DNA of 64,000 nt from an uncultured Verrucomicrobiae bacterium (GTDB lineage Bacteria > Verrucomicrobiota > Verrucomicrobiia > Opitutales > JABDGR01): positions 352,001 to 416,000 of the forward strand of contig CAVXVB010000009.1 of the NCBI GenBank assembly GCA_963765205.1. The letters are read 5' to 3'. The notes under the pieces are model-generated. The model did no database searches and had not been told where the DNA came from. It saw nothing but the letters and a program-made list of their open reading frames with translations. Both the position numbers and the translations under genes were made by a program. Shown piece after piece: positions 1-8,433 of this stretch (the first letter of the stretch is position 1; every line of letters starts with the position of its first letter).

Positions 1-151
1 AAGCGCGCCACAGCGGACTCATGCCACTTCTAGCAAATTGTATCATTTGTAATTAAAAGACTTGTGGTCTGTCTTTCGCTCTCCGGATAATTTCAGGAAG
101 GTCAACAGCAAGTGCTTCCGACATTCGTAATAGGGTATCGCTTCCCCCCCG

Positions 152-1141
152 CTATCCTGCGGCCGACGGCGCCGCCCGCCCCGCCGGACTTTTCTTCCGC
201 TTCTTCCGCCCGGCCATGGCCCCAAAGGCCAGCAGACCCACCCCGAGGACCCAAACCATCGTGGCCGGTTCCGGCACGTTCACGATTGTCGGCGCGAAGG
301 CCAAATAGGATTGACTGCTGAGGCCTCCACCGATGTCGCTGGCAAAGGTGCTCACGTTGCCCCCGGGCGTCACTGCGTCAATGTTGCGCGTGCCCGCATC
401 CTCGACGAACAAGTTCCCGTTGCTGTTAAACGTCAGGCCTTGCGGGGAACTAAGACCCGTGAGAAAGGTGCTCACGTTGCCGTCGGGCGACATTTCGAGG
501 ATGTTTCCACTGCCCGTGCTCGTAACGAACAAGGTGTCCGTGCTGTTAATGGCCAGGCCGGTGGCAAAACCGACATAGGGGCCCAGGACGCTCGCGACCC
601 CCCCGGGTGTCACCTCATTGATGCCCCCGCCTCCACCCGCGTCAAACACGTAGCCGGTGCTGTTAATCGCCAGCCCATTCGGGAATCCGCTCAAACCGCC
701 AGTGGTAATCATATTGCTCACGATACCCGTGGGCGTCACTTCGGAAATAGTAAATCCTGCGCCTTGAGTCGCGACGAACAAGGTGCCGGTGCTGTTAAAC
801 GCCAGGCCGCCCAGGCCACCACTGTTAACACTGGTGAAGGTGCTCACGACGCCCCCGGGCGTCACTTCGTCAATCGTCCCATTGCCCGAATTCGCGACGA
901 ACACCGTCCCCGTGCTGTTCACCGCCAGGCCCGTCGGCGAATCGAACCCGGAGCCGAAGGTGTTCACGACGCCCCCCGGCGAGATCGCGTCCACCACGTT
1001 GCCGATGGAATTCGATACGTAGAGGATTTGCTGCCCCCACGCCCGCCCCGGCAAAAACGCCATCCCGCCGATCGCCAGGCCCAAAAGCGCCCGGCCAATC
1101 GAACCACCCCTGTTGCAGAATCCGTGTGATTTGGTTTTCAT
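152..1141 (-). CDS. PEP-CTERM surface protein with NHL-like beta-propeller repeats
   Basis: Signal peptide; repeated GLA(I/F/V)NSTGTLFV units; C-terminal VPEPATM + hydrophobic helix + RKKRKK. Confidence 0.9.
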   Translation of the reverse strand: MKTKSHGFCNRGGSIGRALLGLAIGGMAFLPGRAWGQQILYVSNSIGNVVDAISPGGVVNTFGSGFDSPTGLAVNSTGTVFVANSGNGTIDEVTPGGVVSTFTSVNSGGLGGLAFNSTGTLFVATQGAGFTISEVTPTGIVSNMITTGGLSGFPNGLAINSTGYVFDAGGGGGINEVTPGGVASVLGPYVGFATGLAINSTDTLFVTSTGSGNILEMSPDGNVSTFLTGLSSPQGLTFNSNGNLFVEDAGTRNIDAVTPGGNVSTFASDIGGGLSSQSYLAFAPTIVNVPEPATMVWVLGVGLLAFGAMAGRKKRKKSPAGRAAPSAAG

Positions 1142-1233
1142 AGATGAAGAAAATTAAAGCAGTGAAAAATTGACGTGCAATGATCTTGATTTTAGAAAAT
1201 GCGGGAGAACTTGAAACATGACCTGGGTCTGAT

Positions 1234-2271
1234 TCATCTATTGGCCAATGCCAAGCTGCTGAACTGGCCGGAATCCCGACGACCCTTCTGGCGTCGGCCG
1301 CACCAGACCGCGAGCAGGGCGGTCACCCCGGCCAGCAACGGCCAAGCGGAAGGTTCGGGAACAGTGCCGGTGATCGCGATGCCCCAGGGCTCATCGTCGC
1401 TCCCGAACTGGACAATCGAGGCGTTCACGACCGCGCCCGAGGTGGTGTATTCGGCGAGTTCGTAGTTTCCACTGGTGCCATTGTAGGTTGTGACAAACAG
1501 GTCCGAACCCGAAAGCGCGAGAGCCAAGGGGAAAGTCAACCCCGAGACCAGGGTGGCGTTCACCGTCGTTCCCGAGGTGGTGTATTCGCCGATGGTGCCG
1601 GCGTCGCTGTTCGCCACGAACAGGTTCGACCCCGAAACCACCAGGCCATAGGGTTGATTCACGCCGTTGGCAGCGTAACTCAGGAGCGTGCTGTTCACCG
1701 TCGCCCCGGACGTGGTATACTCCCCAATGGAGTTCTGGTTGGGGCCCCCGTTTTGCGTGACAAACAAATCCGACCCCGAAACCGCGAGGTAATTGGGAGA
1801 CCCCAGCCCCGAAAGCAGGGTGGCGTTCACGGTGGCCCCCGACGTGGTGTATTCGCCAACCGTGCCGCTGATGGCATTTGCGACAAACAGGTTCGACCCC
1901 GCAATCGCGATGCCCCAAGGGCCGTCCAATCCCGAAATCAGCGTGGCGTTTACGGTCGCCCCCGACGTGGTGTATTCGCCAACCGTGCCGGCGCCGTTCG
2001 TGCTCACCACAAATAGATCCGACCCTGCAATCGCGATGCCGACCGGGTCATCCGCCAACCCCGAGATCAGCGTGGGATTCACCGTCGCCCCCGCCGAGGT
2101 GTATTCGCCGACCGCGCCGAACTCGTTTTCGCCGTTAACTTCAAAAACATCCACCTGCCCGCGGGCGGCGGTGGGCAGCAGCCCCAGTGCCGTCACGACG
2201 GCGGTAAAAAAGAGTGGCGTGAAAACAACGCGACCACGCGCGAAAAGGCGGGGAATCGGGTTCGTTTTCAC
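1234..2271 (-). CDS. PEP-CTERM surface protein with ~40-aa repeats (beta-propeller-like)
   Basis: Repeats GTVGEYTTSGATVNATLxSGL; VPEPSAW + TM + RRQK. GTG start at 2271 (MKTNP) preferred; ORF is open to 2304. Confidence 0.88.
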   Translation of the reverse strand: MKTNPIPRLFARGRVVFTPLFFTAVVTALGLLPTAARGQVDVFEVNGENEFGAVGEYTSAGATVNPTLISGLADDPVGIAIAGSDLFVVSTNGAGTVGEYTTSGATVNATLISGLDGPWGIAIAGSNLFVANAISGTVGEYTTSGATVNATLLSGLGSPNYLAVSGSDLFVTQNGGPNQNSIGEYTTSGATVNSTLLSYAANGVNQPYGLVVSGSNLFVANSDAGTIGEYTTSGTTVNATLVSGLTFPLALALSGSDLFVTTYNGTSGNYELAEYTTSGAVVNASIVQFGSDDEPWGIAITGTVPEPSAWPLLAGVTALLAVWCGRRQKGRRDSGQFSSLALANR

Positions 2272-2370
2272 GGGCGGGAGCGGCGCTTGGGAGCAGTTGA
2301 ACAACTCGATTAACTGTCGAAAGGATAGGATTCAGATTTGAGTGTCATACACAAAGCTAACGGACGCATT

Positions 2371-2456
2371 CTAAGCCCGATTCATTCCTTTGTCAAGACG
2401 CGCCCGGCCCATCGAACCACCCCTGTTGCGGAATCCGTGTGACTTGGTTTTCATAG
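2371..2456 (-). pseudogene. Orphan duplicated 5' end of the PEP-CTERM gene at 152-1141
   Basis: 2400-2456 matches 1087-1143 at 54/57 nt; encodes MKTKSHGFRNRGGSMGRA, then diverges to a stop at 2371. Confidence 0.85.
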
Positions 2457-2534
2457 TGTGCAGAGGGTTGGATTGATTCACCAGGCATTCATAAAAATAA
2501 CTCAGTGTATACCAAGTTGCCAAGATTAGACAAT

Positions 2535-2584
2535 AGGGGATGCGCCGCAATCTTAATAAGCAAAATCCCTAGGGCCTATCCCCA
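2535..2584. promoter_or_regulatory. Three NNNGG-N5-CCNYA-like boxes upstream of the PEP-CTERM genes
   Basis: AGGGG-ATGCG-CCGCA, TAAGC-AAAAT-CCCTA, TAGGG-CCTAT-CCCCA; same pattern at 12347, 12782 and 18888. Confidence 0.5.
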
Positions 2585-2632
2585 AGGCCGGCGTTTTTGT
2601 GAAGCAGTTTTTATGCCGACTTAAGCCGGGTT

Positions 2633-2737
2633 CGCCCCGCGCGCGTTCCCCGCGGACTTTCACCAACCCGGGGGGGGAACCCGCGCGGTTGTCTCGGGCG
2701 GTTAATTCACGGGCCCAGTGCTTGGATTTTGCCCGGG
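2633..2737. repeat. 105-bp direct repeat A, copy 1 (contains a hairpin)
   Basis: Matches 6634-6738 with 3 mismatches; internal stem CGCGCGTTCCCC...GGGGAACCCGCG. Confidence 0.95.
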
Positions 2738-2927
2738 ATGACCCGCCCTCGTCGGCCCTCCCGCCGCCGCTTCTGGAAATGGAGTGGTGGGCGGCAGGGT
2801 GGGCCGAATGGCTGCCGCGCTGTCCGCTTCTCGAGCGGTGTCAATTGCTTTCATCGGATTGCCGGGGTCGGGAGGAGGGGGTTAATTAATTCTGTCAAAA
2901 AACTCTTCGCGGCTGCGCGGTGAAAAA

Positions 2928-5900
2928 TCACGGCGCGGGCGCGACCATAATTTCCAGAAAAACCGGCGCAACCCCCGACAACTGATAACTCCCCGTCACC
3001 GTGCCATTGTTCGGATCGCTGGTCTGCGTCACCCCCGTCGTGCTCCAGTTAATCAAATCCGGGCTGGCTTCAACCATGTAAGTCAGGTCGGTTTGCGGAG
3101 CCGGAAAAGTCAGCGTCAAGTTCCCTGCGGAAAAAGTCGGTTGCGGCAGGAACGGATGCCCATCCACCCACGGATTGAGGTTAAAGGCGTATTTGAGCAA
3201 ATTGGGCAATCCGTCGCCCGCCGGCTCGGCCGTATCGCCGACAATCAGGGGATTGCCCAATTGGGCGGAGGTAAAGTTATCCTGGAGCCAGGTCAGTTTG
3301 GCGGAGGAAGTGCCCACCACGAGCGGGACCGGCGTGGTGGTGGTGTTTCCCGCTAAATTGCTGATAATGGCTCGATATTGATAGCCCAACTGGGCGGTGG
3401 TCGGGTCTATGATGGTCAGCGTGTTCGTCGTGGCACCGCTATAGCCACCCCCGCTGACATCGGGAGTTGCCACCAGGGGCTGCGCGATGGTGGTATTCAC
3501 GCTGTTGCTGATATTACTCCAGGTATTGCCGCCATTCGTTGAAACCTGCCATTGGTCACTTAGTGGAGCGGGACTGGCGCTGGCCGCGACGGTGAAAGTA
3601 GCATTCGTTCCTGTAACTACAGCGGCAGTGGCCGGCGGGGTCGCGATGGCGGGCGGGTTCAACAGCACCGCCGGAATCCCGGCAAATGTGGAATCCCAGC
3701 CGCTGGTGCCCGGCAAATAATAGGCCGTCGCCTTATTGTCATCGGTGAACACTGTTGTATCAGCGCCTGGGGCGTTGCCCGTGAAATAGACGTTGGTCAG
3801 GTTGGTGCAGTCATCGAACGCAGAGGCTCCAATGCTGATGACGCTGTTGCCGATCGTCACACTGGCCACGCGTTGGCAGAGTTCGAACGCGCTAACTCCG
3901 ATGCTGGTGACGCTGCTGGGGATAATGATGCTGGTCAAATTGGCACAATCGTAGAGCGCAGAGTCTCCAATACTGATAACGCTGTTGCCGATGGTGACGC
4001 TGGTCAGCTTGGTGCAGTCTACGAACGCACCGTCTCCAATGCTGGTGACGCTGTTGGGGATAATGACGCTGGTCAGGCTGTAGCAGTCTTCGAACGCAGC
4101 GTCTCCAATGCTGACGACGCTGTTGCCGACGGTGACGCTGGACAGCTCGGTGCAGTAATAGAACGCATCATCTCCAATGCTGGTGACGCTGCTGGGGATA
4201 ATGACGCTGGTCAGACCGGTGCAGTATTCGAACGCATCGTCTCCAATGCTGGTGACGCTGTTGGGGATCGTGACGCTGGTTAGGTTGGTACCTTCGAACG
4301 CACCGTCTCCAATGCTAGTGACGCTGTTGCCGATGGTGACGCTGGTCAGACCGGTGCAGTCTGCGAAAGCGCCGTCTCCAATGCTGGTGACGCTGTTGGG
4401 GATAATGACGCTGGTCAGGTTGGGGCTGGCGAACGCACCGTCTCCAACGCTAGTGACGCTGCTGGGTATAGTGTAGGAGGTTCCGACCTTTCCATCTGGG
4501 TATTGTATAAGCAAAGACTGGTTCTGGTTGAATAAAACCCCAGCCACACTGCTATATTCGGGATTGCTCAGATCCACATTTATCGCAATTAGGTTGGGGC
4601 AGTCTGCGAACGCATCGTCTCCAATGCTGGTGACGCTGTTGGGGATTGTGACACTGGTCAGGTTGTTGCAGTAATTGAACGCATAGTCTCCAATACTGGT
4701 GACGCTGTTGGGGATAATGACGCTGGTCAAGTTGGGGCTGGCGAACGCACCGTCTCCAATGCTTGTGACGCTGCTGGGTATAGTGTAGGAGGTTCCGACC
4801 TTTCCATCTGGGTATTGTATAAGCAAAGACTGGTTCTGGTTGAATAAAACCCCAGCCACACTGCTATATTCGGGATTGCTCAGATCCACATTTATCGCAA
4901 TTAGGTTGGGGCAGTCTGCGAACGCATCGTCTCCAATGCTGGTGACGCTGTTGGGGATCGTGACGCTGGTCAGACCGGTGCAGTAATCGAACGCACCGTC
5001 TCCAATGCTGGTGACGCTGTTGCCGATGGTGACGCTGGTCAGACCGGTGCAGTAATCGAACGCACCGTCTCCAATGCTGGTGACGCTGTTGGGGATAATG
5101 ACGCTGGTCAAATTGACACAACCGAAGAACGCATAGTCTCCAATACTGGCGACGCTGTTGCCGATGGCGACGCTGGTCAGGTTGTTGCAGTAATTGAACG
5201 CATAGTCCCCGATGCTGGTGACACTGCTAGGGATAGTAACGCCGGTCAGGTTGGTTGAACTGAACGCATAGTCCCCGATGCTGGTGACGCTGTTGCCGAT
5301 GGTAACGTTGGTCAGGCTGGTGCAGTCTGTGAACGCATGGATTCCAATGCTGGTGACACTGTTGGGGATCGTGACGCTGGTCAGGCTCCAGCAGTCTTCG
5401 AACGCATAGTCTCCAATGCTGATGACGCTGTTGCCGATGGTGACGCTGGTCAGGTTGACGCAGTAATTGAACGCATAGTCTCCAATGCTGGTGACGCTGT
5501 TGCCGATGGTGACGCTGGACAGTTTGTTGCAGGAGTAGAACGCATCGTCTCCAATGCTGGTGACGCTGTTGGGGATGGTGACGCTGGTCAAATTGACACA
5601 ACCGTAGAAAGCATAGTCTCCAATACTGGTGACGCTGTTGCCGATGGTGACGCTAAACAGTTTGTTGCAGGAATAGAACGCATCGTCTCCAATGCTGGCG
5701 ACGCTGTTGCCGATGGCGACGCTGGTCAGGTTGGGGCAGTCTTCGAACGCACCGTCTCCAATGCTGGTGACGCTGTTGGGGATTGTCACGCTAGTCAGGC
5801 CGGTGTCTTCGAACGCCTCGTCTCCAATGCTTATGACGCCGTTGGGGATAATGACGCTGGTCAGGCTCCAGCAGTCTTCGAACGCATAGTCTCCAATGCT

Positions 5901-6359
5901 GATGACGCTGTTGCCGATGGCGACGCTGGTCAGGTTGTTGCAGGAATAGAACGCAGCGTCTCCAATACTGATGATGCTGTTGCCGATGGTGACGCTGGTC
6001 AGGTTGGGGCAGTCTGCGAACGCACCATCTCCAATGCTGGTGACGCTGTTGGAAATTGTGACACTCGTCAAGTTGTTGCAGTAATTGAACGCATAGTCGC
6101 CGATGCTGGTCACTGGCACGCCGTTGATCATGCTGGGGATGATCACCGCACCGCCCGGCCCCGAGTAGCCCGTGATGGTGACGTTGCCGTTGCTGGTTGT
6201 ATACTCCAGTCCATCACTCGTGGTTTGGGCCTGCGCCTTCCCGCTGAGGAAAGCGAAAGCCGCGACCAGCAATAAAATAAACCGCCGGGGGAGGAAAGGC
6301 GCAAAGGCGCGCATAGGAATGGAAAAATTGGAAAACATCAGCCTAACGCTAAAAAACAT
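2928..6359 (-). CDS. BspA-type leucine-rich-repeat (LRR_5) surface protein with Ig-like domain and PVC-type C-terminal tail
   Basis: Signal peptide; many 23-aa IxNSVTSIGDxAFxxCxxLTSV repeats; QWQVS/YQYR Ig motif; GDGLPNLLKYAF...VEASPDLINWS tail. Start could be 6314. Confidence 0.93.
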   Translation of the reverse strand: MFFSVRLMFSNFSIPMRAFAPFLPRRFILLLVAAFAFLSGKAQAQTTSDGLEYTTSNGNVTITGYSGPGGAVIIPSMINGVPVTSIGDYAFNYCNNLTSVTISNSVTSIGDGAFADCPNLTSVTIGNSIISIGDAAFYSCNNLTSVAIGNSVISIGDYAFEDCWSLTSVIIPNGVISIGDEAFEDTGLTSVTIPNSVTSIGDGAFEDCPNLTSVAIGNSVASIGDDAFYSCNKLFSVTIGNSVTSIGDYAFYGCVNLTSVTIPNSVTSIGDDAFYSCNKLSSVTIGNSVTSIGDYAFNYCVNLTSVTIGNSVISIGDYAFEDCWSLTSVTIPNSVTSIGIHAFTDCTSLTNVTIGNSVTSIGDYAFSSTNLTGVTIPSSVTSIGDYAFNYCNNLTSVAIGNSVASIGDYAFFGCVNLTSVIIPNSVTSIGDGAFDYCTGLTSVTIGNSVTSIGDGAFDYCTGLTSVTIPNSVTSIGDDAFADCPNLIAINVDLSNPEYSSVAGVLFNQNQSLLIQYPDGKVGTSYTIPSSVTSIGDGAFASPNLTSVIIPNSVTSIGDYAFNYCNNLTSVTIPNSVTSIGDDAFADCPNLIAINVDLSNPEYSSVAGVLFNQNQSLLIQYPDGKVGTSYTIPSSVTSVGDGAFASPNLTSVIIPNSVTSIGDGAFADCTGLTSVTIGNSVTSIGDGAFEGTNLTSVTIPNSVTSIGDDAFEYCTGLTSVIIPSSVTSIGDDAFYYCTELSSVTVGNSVVSIGDAAFEDCYSLTSVIIPNSVTSIGDGAFVDCTKLTSVTIGNSVISIGDSALYDCANLTSIIIPSSVTSIGVSAFELCQRVASVTIGNSVISIGASAFDDCTNLTNVYFTGNAPGADTTVFTDDNKATAYYLPGTSGWDSTFAGIPAVLLNPPAIATPPATAAVVTGTNATFTVAASASPAPLSDQWQVSTNGGNTWSNISNSVNTTIAQPLVATPDVSGGGYSGATTNTLTIIDPTTAQLGYQYRAIISNLAGNTTTTPVPLVVGTSSAKLTWLQDNFTSAQLGNPLIVGDTAEPAGDGLPNLLKYAFNLNPWVDGHPFLPQPTFSAGNLTLTFPAPQTDLTYMVEASPDLINWSTTGVTQTSDPNNGTVTGSYQLSGVAPVFLEIMVAPAP

Positions 6360-6437
6360 GGGCCGTCACGCTCAATTTTGACGGAATATCTGACCTCGTT
6401 CAGTTGCCGCACTGGGCGGGGGACTGCCGGGTCCGCC

Positions 6438-6512
6438 CCGTGGCGCGGTGCTTCAGCCCGCGCTGGGGAGTATCCATTGCCAGGCAGCGCGGGCTAAAGC
6501 ACCGCGCTACGG
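6438..6512. repeat. REP doublet (REPIN-like inverted repeat)
   Basis: 28-bp arms 6438-6465 and 6485-6512, 2 mismatches, GTGG/GTAG-type ends. Confidence 0.8.
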
Positions 6513-6633
6513 AAGCATGGCCTAATTGTTTCATACTCATTCAACCCTCGCCCTACACCACATACTTGTCTTTCACCGCGCCCGAAATCTTCACCACCGT
6601 CGTCACCGCGTCCGTCACCGCCGCAAACTCGGC

Positions 6634-6738
6634 CGCCCCGCGCGCGTCCCCCGCGGACTTTCACCAACCCGATGGGGGAACCCGCGCGGTTGTCTCGGGC
6701 GGTTAATTCACGGGCCCAGTGCTTGGATTTTGCCCGGG
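6634..6738. repeat. 105-bp direct repeat A, copy 2
   Basis: Matches 2633-2737; offset 4001 bp. Confidence 0.95.
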
Positions 6739-7091
6739 GGCCCGGACAGGGTCAGGCTGCACCTTAATACTATAATTAGTTTGGTAGGGATTGGGTGGGC
6801 GGAGCGAAGCCTCCACCTACGACGGGCTGGACCGGAAATGAACCCCCGCGCCAACCCTGGCAGCGGAAGTGCCCCGTGCCACATTTCTATTTCCGCGCTA
6901 TTTATTTGCATCACTGGGCCGCCCTTCGACCAGACTTCGGCGAGCTCAGTCGAGTCGCTCAGGCCTCGGCCTTCTCGGCTGCTAATCTTCTCTCTTAAAG
7001 TTAAGCAGGGCCATCCACGCTCATCCGTGCCATCTGTGGTTAACCGCTTACTCCGTGTCCTCGTGCTGTAAAACGCCGTTGAGTTTGGGAA
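6739..7091. repeat. Tandem non-coding repeat B, copy 1 (353 bp)
   Basis: Near-identical to 7106-7441 except a diverged ~30-nt core and an 18-nt insertion. Confidence 0.95.
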
Positions 7092-7105
7092 CAAAAACCG
7101 AAGGC

Positions 7106-7441
7106 GGCCCGGACGGGGTCAGGCTGCACCTTAATACCATAATTAGTTTAGTAGGGATTGGGTGGGCGGAGCGAAGCCTCCACCTACGACGGGCTGGACC
7201 GGAAATGAACCCCCGCGCCAACCCTGGCAGCGGAAGTGCCCCCGTGCCACTTTCCCGGATCCGTGCCCTTATTTTTGCGTCACTGGGCCGCCCTTCGACC
7301 AGACTTCGGCGAGCTCAGTCGAGTCGCTCAGGCCTCTGCCTTCTCGGCTGCTAATTTTCTCTCTTAAAGTTAAGCAGGGCCATCCACGCTCATCCGTGCC
7401 ATCCGTGGTTAACCGCTGTAAAACGCCGTTGAGTTTGGGAA
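7106..7441. repeat. Tandem non-coding repeat B, copy 2 (336 bp)
   Basis: Near-identical to 6739-7091. Confidence 0.95.
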
Positions 7442-7487
7442 GGGGGCGGTCTTAACGCGCGCTGCCGGGGGGTTTAACTGCCCAAGC

Positions 7488-7928
7488 CTAAATCAACTCA
7501 TCATCCCGTTTGGCGCGGGATTTGCGCGGCTTCCCGCCTTTTTCCGCCGCGGCTTCCTCCGCCGCCCGGGCCAGGTTCAGCGCCAGCAAGCGCTCCAAAA
7601 TCTGTTCGTCCGTCACGTCCGCCGGCCAGCCGTAGGCCGCGGCCACGGCGGCGTCCAGTTTCCGATGCGCCAGGTCGAGCCACGCCGGCCGCTCGTTGTA
7701 AAGTTTCGTCAGCGTGCGGTCCTTCAGTTTCGCCGCGCCGGCGGCGTCGCGCGGTTCGCGGCGCGGGTAGCGCACCGTGCCGATCCCGTTTTTGTCCGGC
7801 TTCCCCACGTAGCGCGCCCACGGGCCGTTCACCGAGCCGGGAAATTCCAGGACGTTTTCCCGGGTCCACTCCGGCGGGTTGAGCCAGCGCTCCCGCAGCC
7901 CGTTCAACTCCTGGGCCGCCGCGCCGAT
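7488..7928 (-). pseudogene. 3' remnant of an MmeI-like Type IIG/IIL restriction-modification enzyme
   Basis: AAAQELNGLRERWLNPPEW...RTLTKLYNERPAWLDLAHRKLDAAVAAAYGWP...ILERLLALN; in-frame stop at 7935-7937 just upstream; no MTase motifs. Confidence 0.85.
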
Positions 7929-7934
7929 TATCTG

Positions 7935-8030
7935 CTACAGATTTGCCGTCAAGTACCTCATTCGATTTATTGACGACAAAATGTAGACTCCATGATTTGA
8001 CGAATTGCCGATTTTATGAGAGCGTCAAAT
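7935..8030. promoter_or_regulatory. Paired inverted repeats with four TTGACG/CGTCAA cores upstream of vsr
   Basis: CTACAGATTTGCCGTCAA / TTGACGACAAAATGTAG and ATTTGACG / CGTCAAAT. Confidence 0.5.
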
Positions 8031-8031
8031 A

Positions 8032-8421
8032 ATGGATACTGTTAGCAAGCGTAAACGGTCGTGGATCATGGGCCAAGTAAGGTCCGGCGGTAACAAAACC
8101 ACGGAGGAGGCCTTGATGGGCGCGCTTAAGCGCTGCGCAATCCACGGTTGGCGGAGAAACTACAGGATGTTTGGGAGACCCGATTTTGCCTTCCCTGAGC
8201 AACGGGTTGCCGTCTTTGTGGACGGTTGCTTTTGGCATGGACACCCCCGGAAGTGCCGAATTCCGGCAACGAATCGTACTTACTGGGTCAATAAAATCGC
8301 TCGGAATGCGGCGCGGGACAAGTTGGTAAACCAGACGTTGCGAAAAAAGGGTTGGAAAGTTCTGAGGATTTGGGAACACTGCGCGGGTGATGGTACTGCT
8401 GGAATTTGCGTAGAAAATTAA
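8032..8421 (+). CDS. vsr: Very short patch repair endonuclease
   Basis: MDTVSKRKRSWIM...GRPDF...VFVDGCFWHGH...YWVNKIARNAARD...GWKVLRIWEH. Confidence 0.93.
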   Translation: MDTVSKRKRSWIMGQVRSGGNKTTEEALMGALKRCAIHGWRRNYRMFGRPDFAFPEQRVAVFVDGCFWHGHPRKCRIPATNRTYWVNKIARNAARDKLVNQTLRKKGWKVLRIWEHCAGDGTAGICVEN

Positions 8422-8433
8422 ACAATTAGAATT

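Noticed and set aside
2633..2737. Integron attC site or known riboswitch (c-di-GMP, cobalamin)
   Set aside because: No paired RYYYAAC/GTTRRRY ends, and riboswitch consensus elements are not in the right order by eye; an Rfam scan is still needed
3860..6115. Regular 69-bp repeats resembling a CRISPR array
   Set aside because: They are in-frame LRR coding repeats, the would-be spacers recur, and there are no cas genes
6739..7441. DGR template/variable repeat pair
   Set aside because: Differences are not confined to adenines, neither copy ends a target gene, and there is no reverse transcriptase in the window
6526..7455. ORFs across repeats A and B (6526-7071, 6708-7094, 7055-7354, 7162-7455)
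   Set aside because: Frames are not preserved between the two copies; translations reflect palindromic repeats
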